DNA of 64,000 nt from Candidatus Aminicenantales bacterium (GTDB lineage Bacteria; Acidobacteriota; Aminicenantia; Aminicenantales; UBA4085): assembly GCA_049515535.1 (NCBI GenBank), contig JBEKTZ010000016.1, positions 1 to 64,000 on the forward strand, in the 5' to 3' direction. The notes under the pieces were generated by a model. That model had not been told where the DNA came from. It did no database searches and was given only the letters and a program-made list of their open reading frames with translations. This document shows, in pieces, positions 45,149 to 57,872 of this stretch. Each line of letters begins with the position of its first letter. Positions within the stretch are counted from its first letter, which is position 1. Made by a program: the position numbers and the translations under genes.

Positions 45149-45599
45149 CTCCTTCGCTCTCGCCGGGGGCCGCGGATTCATCTTCGCCCGGAAAATCCGC
45201 GGCCGCGCGGCTGTCCGGATGGGTAGGCTCAACCTCGCCCGCGCTTTCGCGGCGGCCGCCGCTCAGAAGGATGATGCTCTGGGCTTCGACCTCGGTCGTG
45301 GACCGTTTGTTTCCGTCCCGGTCCTGCCAGCCCCGCGTCCGCAGTTTTCCTTCGACGATGATCTGTTTTCCCTTGTCGAGGTATTTTTCGCAGAATTCGG
45401 CGAGCTTCCCCCAGACGACGATCTTGTGCCATTCCGTCCGGTCTTTGCTTTCGTTCGTGCTCGGATTGAACACGCGCTCGTTCGTCGCCAGCGAGAAATG
45501 GGCGACCGAGCGATCTCCCTGGGGGAGGACCCGGATCTCCGGCTTTTGACCGAGCCGGCCCATCAGGATGACCCTGTTCAGGCTGTTGAGGTCTCTCAT
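45129..45599 (-). CDS. ssb: Single-stranded DNA-binding protein
   Basis: LNRVILMGRLG, TEWHKIVVWG, VEGKLRTR, acidic DDEVPF tail. Confidence 0.97.
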   Translation of the reverse strand: MRDLNSLNRVILMGRLGQKPEIRVLPQGDRSVAHFSLATNERVFNPSTNESKDRTEWHKIVVWGKLAEFCEKYLDKGKQIIVEGKLRTRGWQDRDGNKRSTTEVEAQSIILLSGGRRESAGEVEPTHPDSRAAADFPGEDESAAPGESEGDDEVPF

Positions 45600-46480
45600 T
45601 TGATTTCCTTCAGTTCGCGGATCTTTTGCTGGGCTTTCTTGGCTTCCTCTTCGAGCGGGTGTTTGGATATGAGGAGTGTCAGCACGGCGATGGCCTCGTC
45701 ATTTTTCTTGAGCTCGGCCAGGGCCAGGCCTTTTTTATAGTAGGCGGTGGCGTGAGCGTCGCTCTTGGGATAGTTGACGATTAGGTCATCGTACTGCTCG
45801 ATGGCCCTCTCGAACTTCTTCTGGCTGAAAAAGCATTCGCCGATCATGTAGAGGGCGTTGTCGGCGAGGGGGTCCTCCGGGTCCGGGAACTGCTCCCGGT
45901 ACGTCGTGAAGCCGTCGATGGCCAGGTCGTAGTTGCCTCTCTGATAATCCGTGAACGCGGTGTTGTAGACTTCCTGGTGGAACAGCTTGGTCTGGGGGAG
46001 CTTCGCGGCCGGATCTTTTTTTTCAGGAACGGGCTCGACTTTCTTGCCGGCGTCCTTGGGCTTCTTTGAGATCGGGACTTTCTCGTCCTTTTTCGGCGTT
46101 TCCTGCGGCTGTTCGACGGCCGGCGCCGGCTTGGATTTGAGATCCAGGAGCTGCTCGGAGATCTTCAGCAGTTGGGACTCGATCTGCCCCAGCCTTTCGA
46201 GAAAGGCCTGATATTGTGTCGGCAGACTTCTGAGGTTTTCCTGATTGCGGGCCTGATCCGCTTGGAAGAGCTTGAACTGGCCGGCGAGATCACGGACCTG
46301 GTCGCGGAGGACTTTGATATCGTCGGCCGTATCGTCGGCTTTCTTCTCCAGTTTCTGGTATTGCTGCTTCAGAAGTTGGACGTCCTGGTAGATCAGCTCA
46401 TAGGTTTGCTTTTGTTTGTTCTGTCCGGCCGCCGTGAACGGCAGACAGGAGATCAGCAAAACCCCGAGAGCTCGCTTCAT
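45596..46480 (-). CDS. cpoB: Tol-Pal TPR protein CpoB/YbgF
   Basis: Signal peptide, coiled coil and TPRs; downstream of pal. Confidence 0.85.
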   Translation of the reverse strand: MKRALGVLLISCLPFTAAGQNKQKQTYELIYQDVQLLKQQYQKLEKKADDTADDIKVLRDQVRDLAGQFKLFQADQARNQENLRSLPTQYQAFLERLGQIESQLLKISEQLLDLKSKPAPAVEQPQETPKKDEKVPISKKPKDAGKKVEPVPEKKDPAAKLPQTKLFHQEVYNTAFTDYQRGNYDLAIDGFTTYREQFPDPEDPLADNALYMIGECFFSQKKFERAIEQYDDLIVNYPKSDAHATAYYKKGLALAELKKNDEAIAVLTLLISKHPLEEEAKKAQQKIRELKEIK

Positions 46481-46492
46481 CGTCCGGACCGG

Positions 46493-47047
46493 TTATTTTT
46501 CGATGACCAAAAATTGGCCGCGACGGTTTCTCTGCCAAGCGGCCTCGTCGTGGCCCATGTCCACGGGCTGGCTCTTGCCGTAGGAGATCGTCTTCATCCG
46601 CTCGGCCGGAATGCCGAGGGAAAGAAGATAGTCATAAGCGCTCTTGGCCCGTTTTTCGCCCAGGGCCAAGTTATAGTCTTCCGTGCCGCGCTCGTCGCAA
46701 TGGCCTTCGATGAGGAACTTGGCCGTCTTGAACTTCTTCAGCCATGCGGCGTTGCGTTCGAGAACGGGTTTCGCGTCTTCGCGGATGAAGAACTTGTCGT
46801 AATCGAAATAGATCGTCAAGAGGGGTTTGTCCCGGTTGATCTGCTCGAGCGATTTGGCCATGAAAAGATCCTCTTCGCCGAGTTCGGGCTTTTTCACGAC
46901 GGGCGGGGGAACGACTTTCTCGACCTTGGGCTGCTCGTTCACCTGCGGCGGCGGGGGCGGCGCGACCTGTTTCGGTTTCTGCTTGCAGGATACGGCGAAT
47001 GCGAAAGCCAAAACGCAGACGAGGGAAAAGATTAATAATTTTTTCAT
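46493..47047 (-). CDS. pal: Peptidoglycan-associated lipoprotein
   Basis: Lipobox AVSC, IYFDYD, IEGHCDERGT..YNLALGEKRA, NRR. Confidence 0.96.
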   Translation of the reverse strand: MKKLLIFSLVCVLAFAFAVSCKQKPKQVAPPPPPQVNEQPKVEKVVPPPVVKKPELGEEDLFMAKSLEQINRDKPLLTIYFDYDKFFIREDAKPVLERNAAWLKKFKTAKFLIEGHCDERGTEDYNLALGEKRAKSAYDYLLSLGIPAERMKTISYGKSQPVDMGHDEAAWQRNRRGQFLVIEK

Positions 47048-47155
47048 GAAACCTCCTCCTTAATAGGGATGTCCATATGAATATTGAACATAACCCTAAC
47101 CGCCAGATATATACAATGAAAAGAGGAGCGTGTCAATTGAATATTCTCCGTTTTC

Positions 47156-47323
47156 TTGGGGAAATTCAGGTCAATTCGGCGGATCCCGTCTTCGATCAGC
47201 CCAGCCGGTTTGCCCTCCTTCTGACCAGGGTTTCCCAGGCGTCGGCCGCCTGGACATTCTGCGAGGGTGTTCTCCGCTCTTAATAATAGACGGGGATTCC
47301 TATCCTGAATCTCATTTCGCCAA
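47156..47323. ncRNA. Candidate long irregular hairpin RNA, unidentified
   Basis: Nested complementary pairs ATTCAGG/CCTGAAT, CCCGTCT/AGACGGG, CCCTC/GAGGG, CCAGGCG/CGCCTGG. Confidence 0.35.
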
Positions 47324-47407
47324 TGATCAGGGGTTGGAAGGGAGAGGAGGAAACTCGGGGATCGCCGGCTTCTTCCTCATCGCCCGCGATGGATTCATGG
47401 ATTCCGG

Positions 47408-47511
47408 GTCAAGGGACGAGCCTTCGGCTCGCCACTCGCCCGTGGCTTATAGCCTCGGGCGAGTACCGCGGAAGTGGACCCCCGGGCAAAGCCCGGGGCC
47501 CCGTCCGCTGT
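47408..47511. repeat. Palindromic repeat copy D (long form, 102 bp net), 12 nt after the tolB stop
   Basis: Short-form sequence plus a 39-bp internal hairpin module. Confidence 0.9.
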
Positions 47512-47523
47512 CAAGGTTTCGTC

Positions 47524-48861
47524 TCAGATTCCGTTGGACCAATCGGGCCAGGTGTTCTGGCCCTTGAACGTGAGCTGGCGGACGTTGGCGCCGTCGTAAT
47601 CGACCGTAAAGATCTGGAGCCCGCCCTTCATGTTCGACTTGAAGACGATGTGGCGGCCGTCGGGCGACCAGGCCGGCGATTCGTTCATGGCGTTGCTTCC
47701 GGTCAGCTCGGTCAGCTTCGAGATCTGTTGTGTATGGAGGTCCAGGAGATAAAGGTCGAAGATATTTTCGACGCGCGCGACAAAGACGATCCGGTCGCCG
47801 ACGGGCGACCAGGCCGGCGAATCGCAGTGGGTCGAGCCGCCGAAGCTCGCCCGCTGGACATTCGAGCCCTCGGCGTCCATAGTGTAGATTTGCGGAGTCC
47901 CGCCCCTGTCGGAGACGAAGACGATTTGCCGTCCGGTCGGCGACCAGGACGGCGCCGTATCCGTTCCCTGATTGAAGGTCAATCGCTTGATGCGGAAACT
48001 GCCGCGTTTCAAGCTGTCTTCGTCGATGTCGGCGATATAGATTTCCATGTTTCCGTCTTGATCTCTCGTCGAGCTGAAGGCCAGCTTTTTGCCGTCGGGC
48101 GACCAGGCCGGAGCGGAACTGATCCCCTTCGTCGAGACCGCGATTCGCCGTCCTTCGTAGACCTGCAGAATGTACAGCCCGGCCGTAAGGCTCTGGTAAG
48201 ACGTGTAGGCGATCATTTTGCCGTCCGGCGAAAAGGCCGGACTGATGTCGTCCACTTTATTGAACGTCAGGCGCGTCTGGTTGGCACCGTCGTAATCCAT
48301 CATGTAGATTTCATGGTTGCCGTCGCGGTCTGAGACGAAGGCGATCTTCGTCTCGAAGACCGGTTTTTCGCCGTAGGCCTTCATGATCTCGTCCGCCATG
48401 CGGTGGGCCAGATACCGAAGGTCGGTCTTTTTGGCCTGGTAGCGCTTGGGCACGATGATCTGCCGCTTCGACTTGACGTCATAGAGGTTCCGCTCGAAAG
48501 CGATGTCCCCGCCCGCGATCTCGGCGACTTCGCCGGTGAAAAGGAGGTTGGCCTGGATGGATTCCCAGTCCTTGAACTGGATGTTTTTCGGGTCGAGCGG
48601 GCGGATGTAGTCGTAATAGCTCTTGGGCAGGAGCTGAAAGATGCGGCTGTATTTCAGATCGTCGGCGAGGACCTGAAAGATCTCGTCGGCCGCGGGCTGC
48701 GCCTCGGGCGTCGCGACGGTGAATTTGGGGAGGGCGAAACTGATCGCCGGAATCCCGTCTTTTATGATCAGGTGGAATTCCTGTTGGGAATGAAGAATCC
48801 GGCCGAAGGCCAGCAAGGCGAGAAAGATCAACGCGGAGGAGACGATTTTTGTCGTTTTCAT
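47524..48861 (-). CDS. tolB: TolB
   Basis: TolB N-domain and PD40 repeats (PAWSPDG). Confidence 0.92.
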   Translation of the reverse strand: MKTTKIVSSALIFLALLAFGRILHSQQEFHLIIKDGIPAISFALPKFTVATPEAQPAADEIFQVLADDLKYSRIFQLLPKSYYDYIRPLDPKNIQFKDWESIQANLLFTGEVAEIAGGDIAFERNLYDVKSKRQIIVPKRYQAKKTDLRYLAHRMADEIMKAYGEKPVFETKIAFVSDRDGNHEIYMMDYDGANQTRLTFNKVDDISPAFSPDGKMIAYTSYQSLTAGLYILQVYEGRRIAVSTKGISSAPAWSPDGKKLAFSSTRDQDGNMEIYIADIDEDSLKRGSFRIKRLTFNQGTDTAPSWSPTGRQIVFVSDRGGTPQIYTMDAEGSNVQRASFGGSTHCDSPAWSPVGDRIVFVARVENIFDLYLLDLHTQQISKLTELTGSNAMNESPAWSPDGRHIVFKSNMKGGLQIFTVDYDGANVRQLTFKGQNTWPDWSNGI

Positions 48862-49664
48862 TTGGAATGCTCGAAACGGAGATAAATGCCCAGATATTCC
48901 TCATCGTAACCGGGGGGGTGAGGAGGGAATTTCGCGGATTGCATGACCGCCCGCACGGCCGATTGGTCGAGCGTCTTCAAGCCGCTCGATTCTTTGATTT
49001 CGACCTTCGAGATGGACCCGTCTTTGAAGATGCGGAAATAGACGTCCACATGAAAGGTTCCGCCGGCGCCGGGATCGACGAGCGACTGGAACCAGTTCGA
49101 TTGGATCTTGGACTGAATCTCCACGATATAGTAATTATAAGGAAAATTCGAAAGGCCGAGGTCGCTGGGAAACCCGCCGCCTTCGCCCTCTCCCGTTCCG
49201 CCCAGGCCGATGGTCAAGCCCGCCCCGCCGCCACCAGCCGCTTCCCGGCCCTGGCCGGAAGCGGCCTCTTTGGCCGGCGCCGTCTTGGCCGAGGGATCGG
49301 GTTTGGTGATCACGGCTTTTTTACCGGGATTTTTAGCGGGCTCCTTTTTCGGTTTGTCCACGGGATAGCGCAGCTGGGATTGCGGCTCGTCCGGCTGGAG
49401 TTTCTGGAGGGTCGTCAGGTCCCGGAGCGTTTCTTTTTTGACCTCGGTCGCGCCCAACTCCGTTTGCCGAGCGGCCTTGATCCCGCTGCCTCCGCCGGAT
49501 AGGCCGAAATTACTCATCGAGATGTAATGAATCATGTCTTGCCGGGCCGGTTTCGGAAGGCTGGGATTGAGGATGATCGTAAGGACGAGGATGGAATGGG
49601 CCGCCGCGGAAATGACCATTGCCCGCTTGAAGGCCCGGCTGTTCGATCCCGTATGCGCGGTCAT
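48858..49664 (-). CDS. TolA/TonB-family protein
   Basis: TM helix with SxxxH, low-complexity linker, TonB C-domain ([12 protein letters not shown]). Confidence 0.85.
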   Translation of the reverse strand: MTAHTGSNSRAFKRAMVISAAAHSILVLTIILNPSLPKPARQDMIHYISMSNFGLSGGGSGIKAARQTELGATEVKKETLRDLTTLQKLQPDEPQSQLRYPVDKPKKEPAKNPGKKAVITKPDPSAKTAPAKEAASGQGREAAGGGGAGLTIGLGGTGEGEGGGFPSDLGLSNFPYNYYIVEIQSKIQSNWFQSLVDPGAGGTFHVDVYFRIFKDGSISKVEIKESSGLKTLDQSAVRAVMQSAKFPPHPPGYDEEYLGIYLRFEHSK

Positions 49665-50104
49665 CGGTCCTTGTTTTTGACTTCGATCGGCTCGGTTATC
49701 AAGGCGACGACTTCGACGCCGACTTTCTTGGCGATGTCCATGATTTCGATGACGTAGCCGTAGGGGAGCAACGTATCGGCTTGGAGATAAATGATCTTTT
49801 TCGGCTTGCCGTAAAAATATTGCTCCAGCCTGTTTTTCAGGAGGCTGATGTTGATCACGGAATTCTCGAAATAGATGTATTTGTTCACGTCGACCGTCAG
49901 CCGCAGCCCTTGTTCGGCCGGCGCGGTGTCGGTTTCGGCTTTCGGCAGGTTGACGCCGATGCCGGACTGCATCATCGGCGTCGTGACCATGAAGATCACG
50001 AGCAGCACGAGCATGACGTCCACGAACGGGGTGATGTTGATCTCGGAGAGGGACGTGCCCAGCTCTCTCTTCGAGCGGATGGAGGGCAATTTAGGGAGTA
50101 CCAT
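49661..50104 (-). CDS. tolR: TolR/ExbD
   Basis: SEINITPFVDVMLVLLVIFMVT. Confidence 0.9.
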   Translation of the reverse strand: MVLPKLPSIRSKRELGTSLSEINITPFVDVMLVLLVIFMVTTPMMQSGIGVNLPKAETDTAPAEQGLRLTVDVNKYIYFENSVINISLLKNRLEQYFYGKPKKIIYLQADTLLPYGYVIEIMDIAKKVGVEVVALITEPIEVKNKDR

Positions 50105-50756
50105 AGAGCCGCTCCGCGATGCTCAGAAGCTCGAGCGAAAAATCCTCCATGTCGGTGATGAAGTCCTTGATCCGGTGGATGAAGGTGTTGTAAGCGATGA
50201 CCGCCGGGATGGCGGCGAACAGGCCCACGGCCGTAGCCACCAGGGCCTCGGCGATGCCGGGGGCGACCGACAGCAGGCTGGCCGACCGCGTCACGTTGAT
50301 ATTGAGGAACGAATCCATGATGCCCCAGACCGTCCCCAGAAGGCCGATGAACGGCGAGACGCTGCCGGTCGTGGCCAGAAACGACATAAGTCTTTCCATC
50401 TTGGCGACTTCGGCGTTGGAGGCCTTCGTCAGGGCCCGGCTCAGGTTGTCAAGGCTCGCCCCGCTGGGCCCGCCCTGCGGGCTGGCTTTGGCCAGATAGG
50501 CCATTTCCTTGAATCCCGCCTGGAAAATGGAGGCCTGCGGGCTGGCTTGGAATGACTTGGCGGCCTCGCCCACCTCGGTCAGATTCCGGCTTTTTTTGAA
50601 GACGGCCAGGAATTTTTGCGACTGGGCGGCCGCCTTTCTCAGGGAGTTTCTTTTGAAAATGATGATCGTCCAGGAAAAAAGCGAAAAAAACAGAAGGATG
50701 AGAAGAATGACCTGGACGACCGGGCTCGCATCGGTGATCAGTTTAAAAATGTTCAT
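50091..50756 (-). CDS. tolQ: TolQ/ExbB
   Basis: SPFIGLLGTVWGIM, VAPGIAEALVATAVGLFAAIPAV. Confidence 0.92.
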   Translation of the reverse strand: MNIFKLITDASPVVQVILLILLFFSLFSWTIIIFKRNSLRKAAAQSQKFLAVFKKSRNLTEVGEAAKSFQASPQASIFQAGFKEMAYLAKASPQGGPSGASLDNLSRALTKASNAEVAKMERLMSFLATTGSVSPFIGLLGTVWGIMDSFLNINVTRSASLLSVAPGIAEALVATAVGLFAAIPAVIAYNTFIHRIKDFITDMEDFSLELLSIAERLYGTP

Positions 50757-50799
50757 TGTTTTCGGTATTAAGGTAGCATGGCGGACGCGCCAAAGTCAA

Positions 50800-51045
50800 T
50801 TTGAGCCGGCAGCGCTCAGGAAACGCTGCTCGTCACTACGCGGATTTTCCCCAGCGCGGAAAATCCGCTCGGCCTCGCTCTCGAGCTCTCGGAAAAACTG
50901 CGTTTTTCCGAACCATGCCCGCTCTCGCGCTCGGACGGGTTCCGAGCAGCATATCCTTCGCTTCGGTGACATAAGAAATAATGCTAGGAGAAAAGGATAT
51001 TCCTCCAAGAGTGCCCGACGTCACCCGTTCTCCCCAAAACAGCCG
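50800..51045. repeat. Structured multi-hairpin intergenic element, locus 3
   Basis: Hairpins GCGGATTTTCC..GGAAAATCCGC and TCGGAAAAA..TTTTTCCGA; motifs shared with loci 1 and 2. Confidence 0.6.
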
Positions 51046-51052
51046 GGAATCG

Positions 51053-53398
51053 TCATTCGAGGAGGCGGGACAGGATTTCGACCGCGACTTCCTTGGCCCG
51101 CTCGCCGCTCTCCTTCGTCGGCCCGACGCAGGAGGGACAGCCGTCCTGGCAGGGGCAGGCGGTGATCGTTTTGAGGCAGTAATCGAGCAGCTTTTTTTCG
51201 AGGTCGAACAGGGACGGGCTCAGGCCGATGCCGCCCGGGTAGTTGTCATAGATGAAGATGTTCGGCTCGAAATCGATGTCGGCGTAAACCGGACCCTGGA
51301 TCGGCTGGATCTTGGCCAGGAGGTCTCTGGGCGGGATGGATTCGCCCGTGGAATTGTCGCCGATCGAGACGCCGATGTCGTGGATATCGCACATGAGGAA
51401 GAGCGGGGCGACGTTATGCATGATGTACGACAGCCCGTAGAGGCCGTTGATCTTTTGCTCCGGCGTGAACGACAGGGACTGCAGGAGCGACGAGGGCACG
51501 GTCACCCAGGAGGCGGTCGTGTGCATCTCGTTCTGCGGCAGGCTCAAGTCGCCGGCGCCGACGTTCTCGTTCGTATGGAACTTGATCTTCTTGAAGCCCA
51601 CGACCTGCGTCGCGACATGGACTTCGCCGTGCGAGGCGTTGCACCCGTCGACCTTCCGCGTATCGAAGATGTCGAGGATCTTGATCTTCGTGTAATCGAT
51701 GGCGTCGGTGTAATAATCGGCGTCCGTCTTCTTGACGTAGGCTTTGCGCTCGGCGTAATCCAACTTCTCGACGAAATACTGTTCTCCTTCGCAGATGTAG
51801 ATGGCCTTCTCGTGGAGCGTCGTCAGGGCCGCCGTGAAGTCCACCTCGGCGATGATCCGGGCTTTGTCGGTCGTATCCACGACGACGAAATTATCCGAGC
51901 TGATGCTGCGCAGGCTCACGGCGTCGGCCGGATAGGCGTCCGACGTCCAGTACCACTTCTCCTTCGAGTGATGAACGAGCTTCTCCTCCTCCAGGAATTT
52001 CAGGATCTCGCCGATGTCCGCGCGGCCGAAAGTCTCGCCGTCCTGAAACGGCAGCTCGAACGCCGCGCATTCGATGTGGTTGATGAGGATGGAGAGGTTG
52101 TCCGGGTTGATCAGGGCCTTCTCCGGGTTCTTGGAGAAGAAGTAATCCGGGTGGTTGACGATGAACTGGTCGAGCGGAGCGCTCGAGGCGACGAGAACCG
52201 CGGCCGATGTGCCCGTCTTCCGGCCGGCGCGGCCGGTCCTCTGCCAGGTGCTGGCGATCGTTCCCGGATAGCCGGCCAGAACGGCGACGTCGAGCGTCCC
52301 GATATCGATCCCGAGCTCAAGCGCGTTCGTCGAGACGACGCCCAGAATCTTGCCTTCGCGCAGGCCCTTCTCGATTTCCCGGCGCTTGAGCGGGAGATAG
52401 CCGCCGCGATATCCCCGGATGAGGCCCTCGTCCTTGACCGTCTTTTCGATGTCCTCCTTGAGGTAGGTCACAAGGACTTCGGTGATCAGGCGGCTCTGGG
52501 CGAAGACGATGGTCTGGAGATGGTTTTTGAGAAAAAGCGCGGCGATCCGGCGCGACTCGTTGACGTAGGAGCGGCGGATGCCCAGAAATTTATTCACCAC
52601 GGGCGGCGTGTAAAAAACGATGTACTTGTCGCCGCGCGGGGCGCCGTTGTCGTCGACAAGCGTCACGGGCTCCTCGATCATCTTCTCGGCCATCTCGAGC
52701 GGATTGGCGATGGTCGCCGTGCAGAGGATGAATTGCGGCGAAGCGCCGTAAAACCGGGCGACGCGCTTGAGACGGCGCAGGACATTGGCCAGATGGCTGC
52801 CGAAGATGCCCCGGTAGTTGTGCAGCTCGTCGATGACGATATATTTGAGGTTCTCAAAAAGCTTGATCCACTTGGTGTGGTGCGGAAGGATGCCGGCGTG
52901 GAGCATGTCCGGGTTGGTCAGGACGATGTGGCCGCGGGCGCGGATGGCTTTGCGCGCGTCCTGCGGCGTGTCGCCGTCGTACGTGAAAATCCGGATTTCC
53001 TCGGGCAGTTGCTTGATCGTTTCGTCGAGCTCGGCGCGCTGGTCGTTGGCGAGCGCCTTCGTCGGGAAAAGATAAAGCGCCCGGGCCGACGGGTTCTTGA
53101 GCATGGCGTCCAAAACGGGAAGGTTGTAGCAGAGCGTCTTTCCGGACGCCGTGGGCGTGACGACGGCCGCGTTTTTTCCCTGTCGGACCGCTTCCCAGCA
53201 GGTGTGCTGATGCGTGTAGAGCCGCTCGAACCCTTTGTCCTTGAGCGCCTTCACCAGGGCCGGTTGGACTTCTTTCGGATAATCCACGTAGCTGCCCTCC
53301 TGGGCGGGGAGGTGTTTGATCGCCCGGAGGGAATCGCTCTCGACGCTGATTCTTTGGAGCATATCCAGCGCCTTGAGTAGGTTTTCCTGGCGTCCCAT
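51053..53398 (-). CDS. DEAD/DEAH helicase with DUF1998 (MrfA/YprA-like)
   Basis: TPTASGKTL, IDELH, STNALELGID, QRTGRAGR, C-terminal CPCQDGCPSC. Confidence 0.92.
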   Translation of the reverse strand: MGRQENLLKALDMLQRISVESDSLRAIKHLPAQEGSYVDYPKEVQPALVKALKDKGFERLYTHQHTCWEAVRQGKNAAVVTPTASGKTLCYNLPVLDAMLKNPSARALYLFPTKALANDQRAELDETIKQLPEEIRIFTYDGDTPQDARKAIRARGHIVLTNPDMLHAGILPHHTKWIKLFENLKYIVIDELHNYRGIFGSHLANVLRRLKRVARFYGASPQFILCTATIANPLEMAEKMIEEPVTLVDDNGAPRGDKYIVFYTPPVVNKFLGIRRSYVNESRRIAALFLKNHLQTIVFAQSRLITEVLVTYLKEDIEKTVKDEGLIRGYRGGYLPLKRREIEKGLREGKILGVVSTNALELGIDIGTLDVAVLAGYPGTIASTWQRTGRAGRKTGTSAAVLVASSAPLDQFIVNHPDYFFSKNPEKALINPDNLSILINHIECAAFELPFQDGETFGRADIGEILKFLEEEKLVHHSKEKWYWTSDAYPADAVSLRSISSDNFVVVDTTDKARIIAEVDFTAALTTLHEKAIYICEGEQYFVEKLDYAERKAYVKKTDADYYTDAIDYTKIKILDIFDTRKVDGCNASHGEVHVATQVVGFKKIKFHTNENVGAGDLSLPQNEMHTTASWVTVPSSLLQSLSFTPEQKINGLYGLSYIMHNVAPLFLMCDIHDIGVSIGDNSTGESIPPRDLLAKIQPIQGPVYADIDFEPNIFIYDNYPGGIGLSPSLFDLEKKLLDYCLKTITACPCQDGCPSCVGPTKESGERAKEVAVEILSRLLE

Positions 53399-53466
53399 GT
53401 CGTACTAATCCTATCAATAATTTCGGTGACAGACAACTCAACCATGAAATTTTTTAGTGACAGTCA

Positions 53467-53570
53467 ACGGCGGACGGGGCCCCGGGCTTTACCCGGGGGT
53501 CCACTTCCGCCGTACTCGCCCGTGGATATAAGCCACGGGCGAGTGGCGAGCCGAAGGCTCGTCCCTTGAC
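53467..53570. repeat. Palindromic repeat copy E (long form, 102 bp net), between the helicase and uvrA
   Basis: Near-identical to the reverse complement of copy D. Confidence 0.9.
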
Positions 53571-53618
53571 GCCTTACCGAAATTGTCACCGAAATTAATT
53601 GAAAATGTGTTAAAATAG

Positions 53619-56126
<2,508 letters not shown>

Positions 56127-56128
56127 CC

Positions 56129-57184
56129 ATGGCCTTTCAGGATATCGCCGGCAACGGCCGCGTCAAAAAAATTCTCAAGCTCGCCCTTGCCCGGGGGCGC
56201 GTCCCGAACTCCATGCTCTTTTGCGGGCCGGAGGGCGTCGGGAAAAAGGATACCGCGCTCGTCCTGGCCAAGGCCCTGAACTGCCTCCGAAAAACCGACG
56301 ACGCCTGCGACGAATGCGACCATTGCCGGGCGATCGACGGCGGCGTCATGCCGGACGTGCTCGACATCAGCGTCAAAGACCTCAAGGTCGAACGGGATTC
56401 CCGCGGAGACGAGGCCGGGCCGGACGAGGACGAGGCCGACGGCCGGGCGGCCCGGAACACGATCGGCATCAAGACCATGAAAGGCATCAAAGAGATCATC
56501 CATATGAAGCCCATGCTGGGCCGGAAGCGCGTCTTCATCATCGACGAGGCGGAGAAGATGACCGAAGACGCGGCCAACTCCCACTTGAAAATCCTCGAGG
56601 AGCCGCCGCTCTTCTCCCACATCATCTTGATCAGCGACAAGCCGAATTTGATCCTTTCCACGATCCGGTCGCGCTGCCAAACCCTGAATTTTCTCCCGGT
56701 CGGCCGGGAGGAGATCGAGCAGGCGCTTCGCGACCGGGGAATCGAGGACGGGAAGGCCAGGCTCATGGCCCTCCTCGTCCGCGGCAACCTGGAACAGGCT
56801 CTCGAGCTGGAGTGGGACGAAATCCAGCAGAGACGAAGTGAGGCGTTTTCCCTGTTTCTGGCGCTCGTCGGCAAGGATGAATCCTCCGCCTTCCTGAAAA
56901 AATACGCATACCAGCGACGGAACGCGGCCAAGGAGGATTTCGTCCAGACGCTCGAACTCTTCTCCTCGTTCTGTCGCGACGTCGTCTTGTTGAAGGAACG
57001 GGGCGATCCGCGGCTGCTCTTCAACCCGGATTACGAGCAGCCGATCCGGAAGGGAGGCGCGCTCATCGACTTCGAGCGGGCGCTCAGGTTTTTGGGGTTG
57101 ATCGATCTCGCCCTGGCCAACCTGGACCGCCACCTGAACATGAGCCTCCTCGTCAGTTCTCTCTATTCTCAAATCCTAGGATGA
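56129..57184 (+). CDS. holB: DNA polymerase III delta'
   Basis: GPEGVGK, CDECDHC, IIDEAEKMT, LKILEEPP, TIRSRCQ. Confidence 0.9.
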   Translation: MAFQDIAGNGRVKKILKLALARGRVPNSMLFCGPEGVGKKDTALVLAKALNCLRKTDDACDECDHCRAIDGGVMPDVLDISVKDLKVERDSRGDEAGPDEDEADGRAARNTIGIKTMKGIKEIIHMKPMLGRKRVFIIDEAEKMTEDAANSHLKILEEPPLFSHIILISDKPNLILSTIRSRCQTLNFLPVGREEIEQALRDRGIEDGKARLMALLVRGNLEQALELEWDEIQQRRSEAFSLFLALVGKDESSAFLKKYAYQRRNAAKEDFVQTLELFSSFCRDVVLLKERGDPRLLFNPDYEQPIRKGGALIDFERALRFLGLIDLALANLDRHLNMSLLVSSLYSQILG

Positions 57185-57188
57185 AACC

Positions 57189-57872
57189 ATGCCTGATTTA
57201 GTTTGTCTCATCTCCGAACGCTCAGCCAAGATCGTCCGCGCCCGGAAGGGCGACATCGACGTCGCGCTGGGCGACCTCTGCGTCATCGAATCGGAATTCG
57301 GCGGGGATCTGGCCACCGTGGTCGATACTTCGAGCGAGATCTGCAGGCATCCGAAAAACGCGCAGGACGCGCCGAGGATCGTCCGGCGGGCTTCGGAGGA
57401 CGACCAGCGTAAATTCACCTGGATCCTCGACAAGGAGAGGCAGGCCTTCGAGTTTTGTCAGCAGCGGATCAAGGCCCGGGACCTGCCCATGAAGATGACC
57501 GCGGTGCGCTATTTCTTCAACGAGAAAAAAAGCGTCTTTTTTTATACAGCGGACGGCCGGATCGATTTTCGTCAGCTCGTCAAGGACCTGGCCAAAGAGC
57601 TCAAGATGCGGATCGAAATGCACCAGGTCGGCGTGCGCGACGAAGCCAAGATCATCGGCGGGCTGGGCGTCTGCGGCCGGGCGCTCTGCTGCGTGAGCTT
57701 CATGAAATCGTTCGAGCCCGTGACCATCCAGAAAGCGCGCAAACAGCAGATCGTCATCAACCCAACCAAGATCTCGGGGCTCTGCGGGCGCTTGATGTGC
57801 TGCCTGGCTTTCGAGGAAGAAAGCCGCGGCCGGATCTATTACGAGGAAGAAAGCAACTTAATAGAAGATTAA
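57189..57872 (+). CDS. ricT: RicT/YaaT (PSP1 domain)
   Basis: ADGRIDFRQLVKDLA, GGLGVCGRALCC, ISGLCGRLMCCL. Confidence 0.92.
   Translation: MPDLVCLISERSAKIVRARKGDIDVALGDLCVIESEFGGDLATVVDTSSEICRHPKNAQDAPRIVRRASEDDQRKFTWILDKERQAFEFCQQRIKARDLPMKMTAVRYFFNEKKSVFFYTADGRIDFRQLVKDLAKELKMRIEMHQVGVRDEAKIIGGLGVCGRALCCVSFMKSFEPVTIQKARKQQIVINPTKISGLCGRLMCCLAFEEESRGRIYYEEESNLIED

Noticed and set aside
51053..53398. DUF1998 helicase as part of a DISARM/Druantia defence system
   Set aside because: No partner defence genes; the context beside uvrA fits an MrfA-like repair role.
53566..53600. Terminal TTGAC of the mini-element acting as a hybrid -35
   Set aside because: No -10-like hexamer at about 17 nt in copies A, D or E.
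56380..56460. Acidic insertion in HolB, and the FtsK and RpoN linkers, as further repeat copies
   Set aside because: No nucleotide similarity to the mini-element; ordinary low-complexity linkers.
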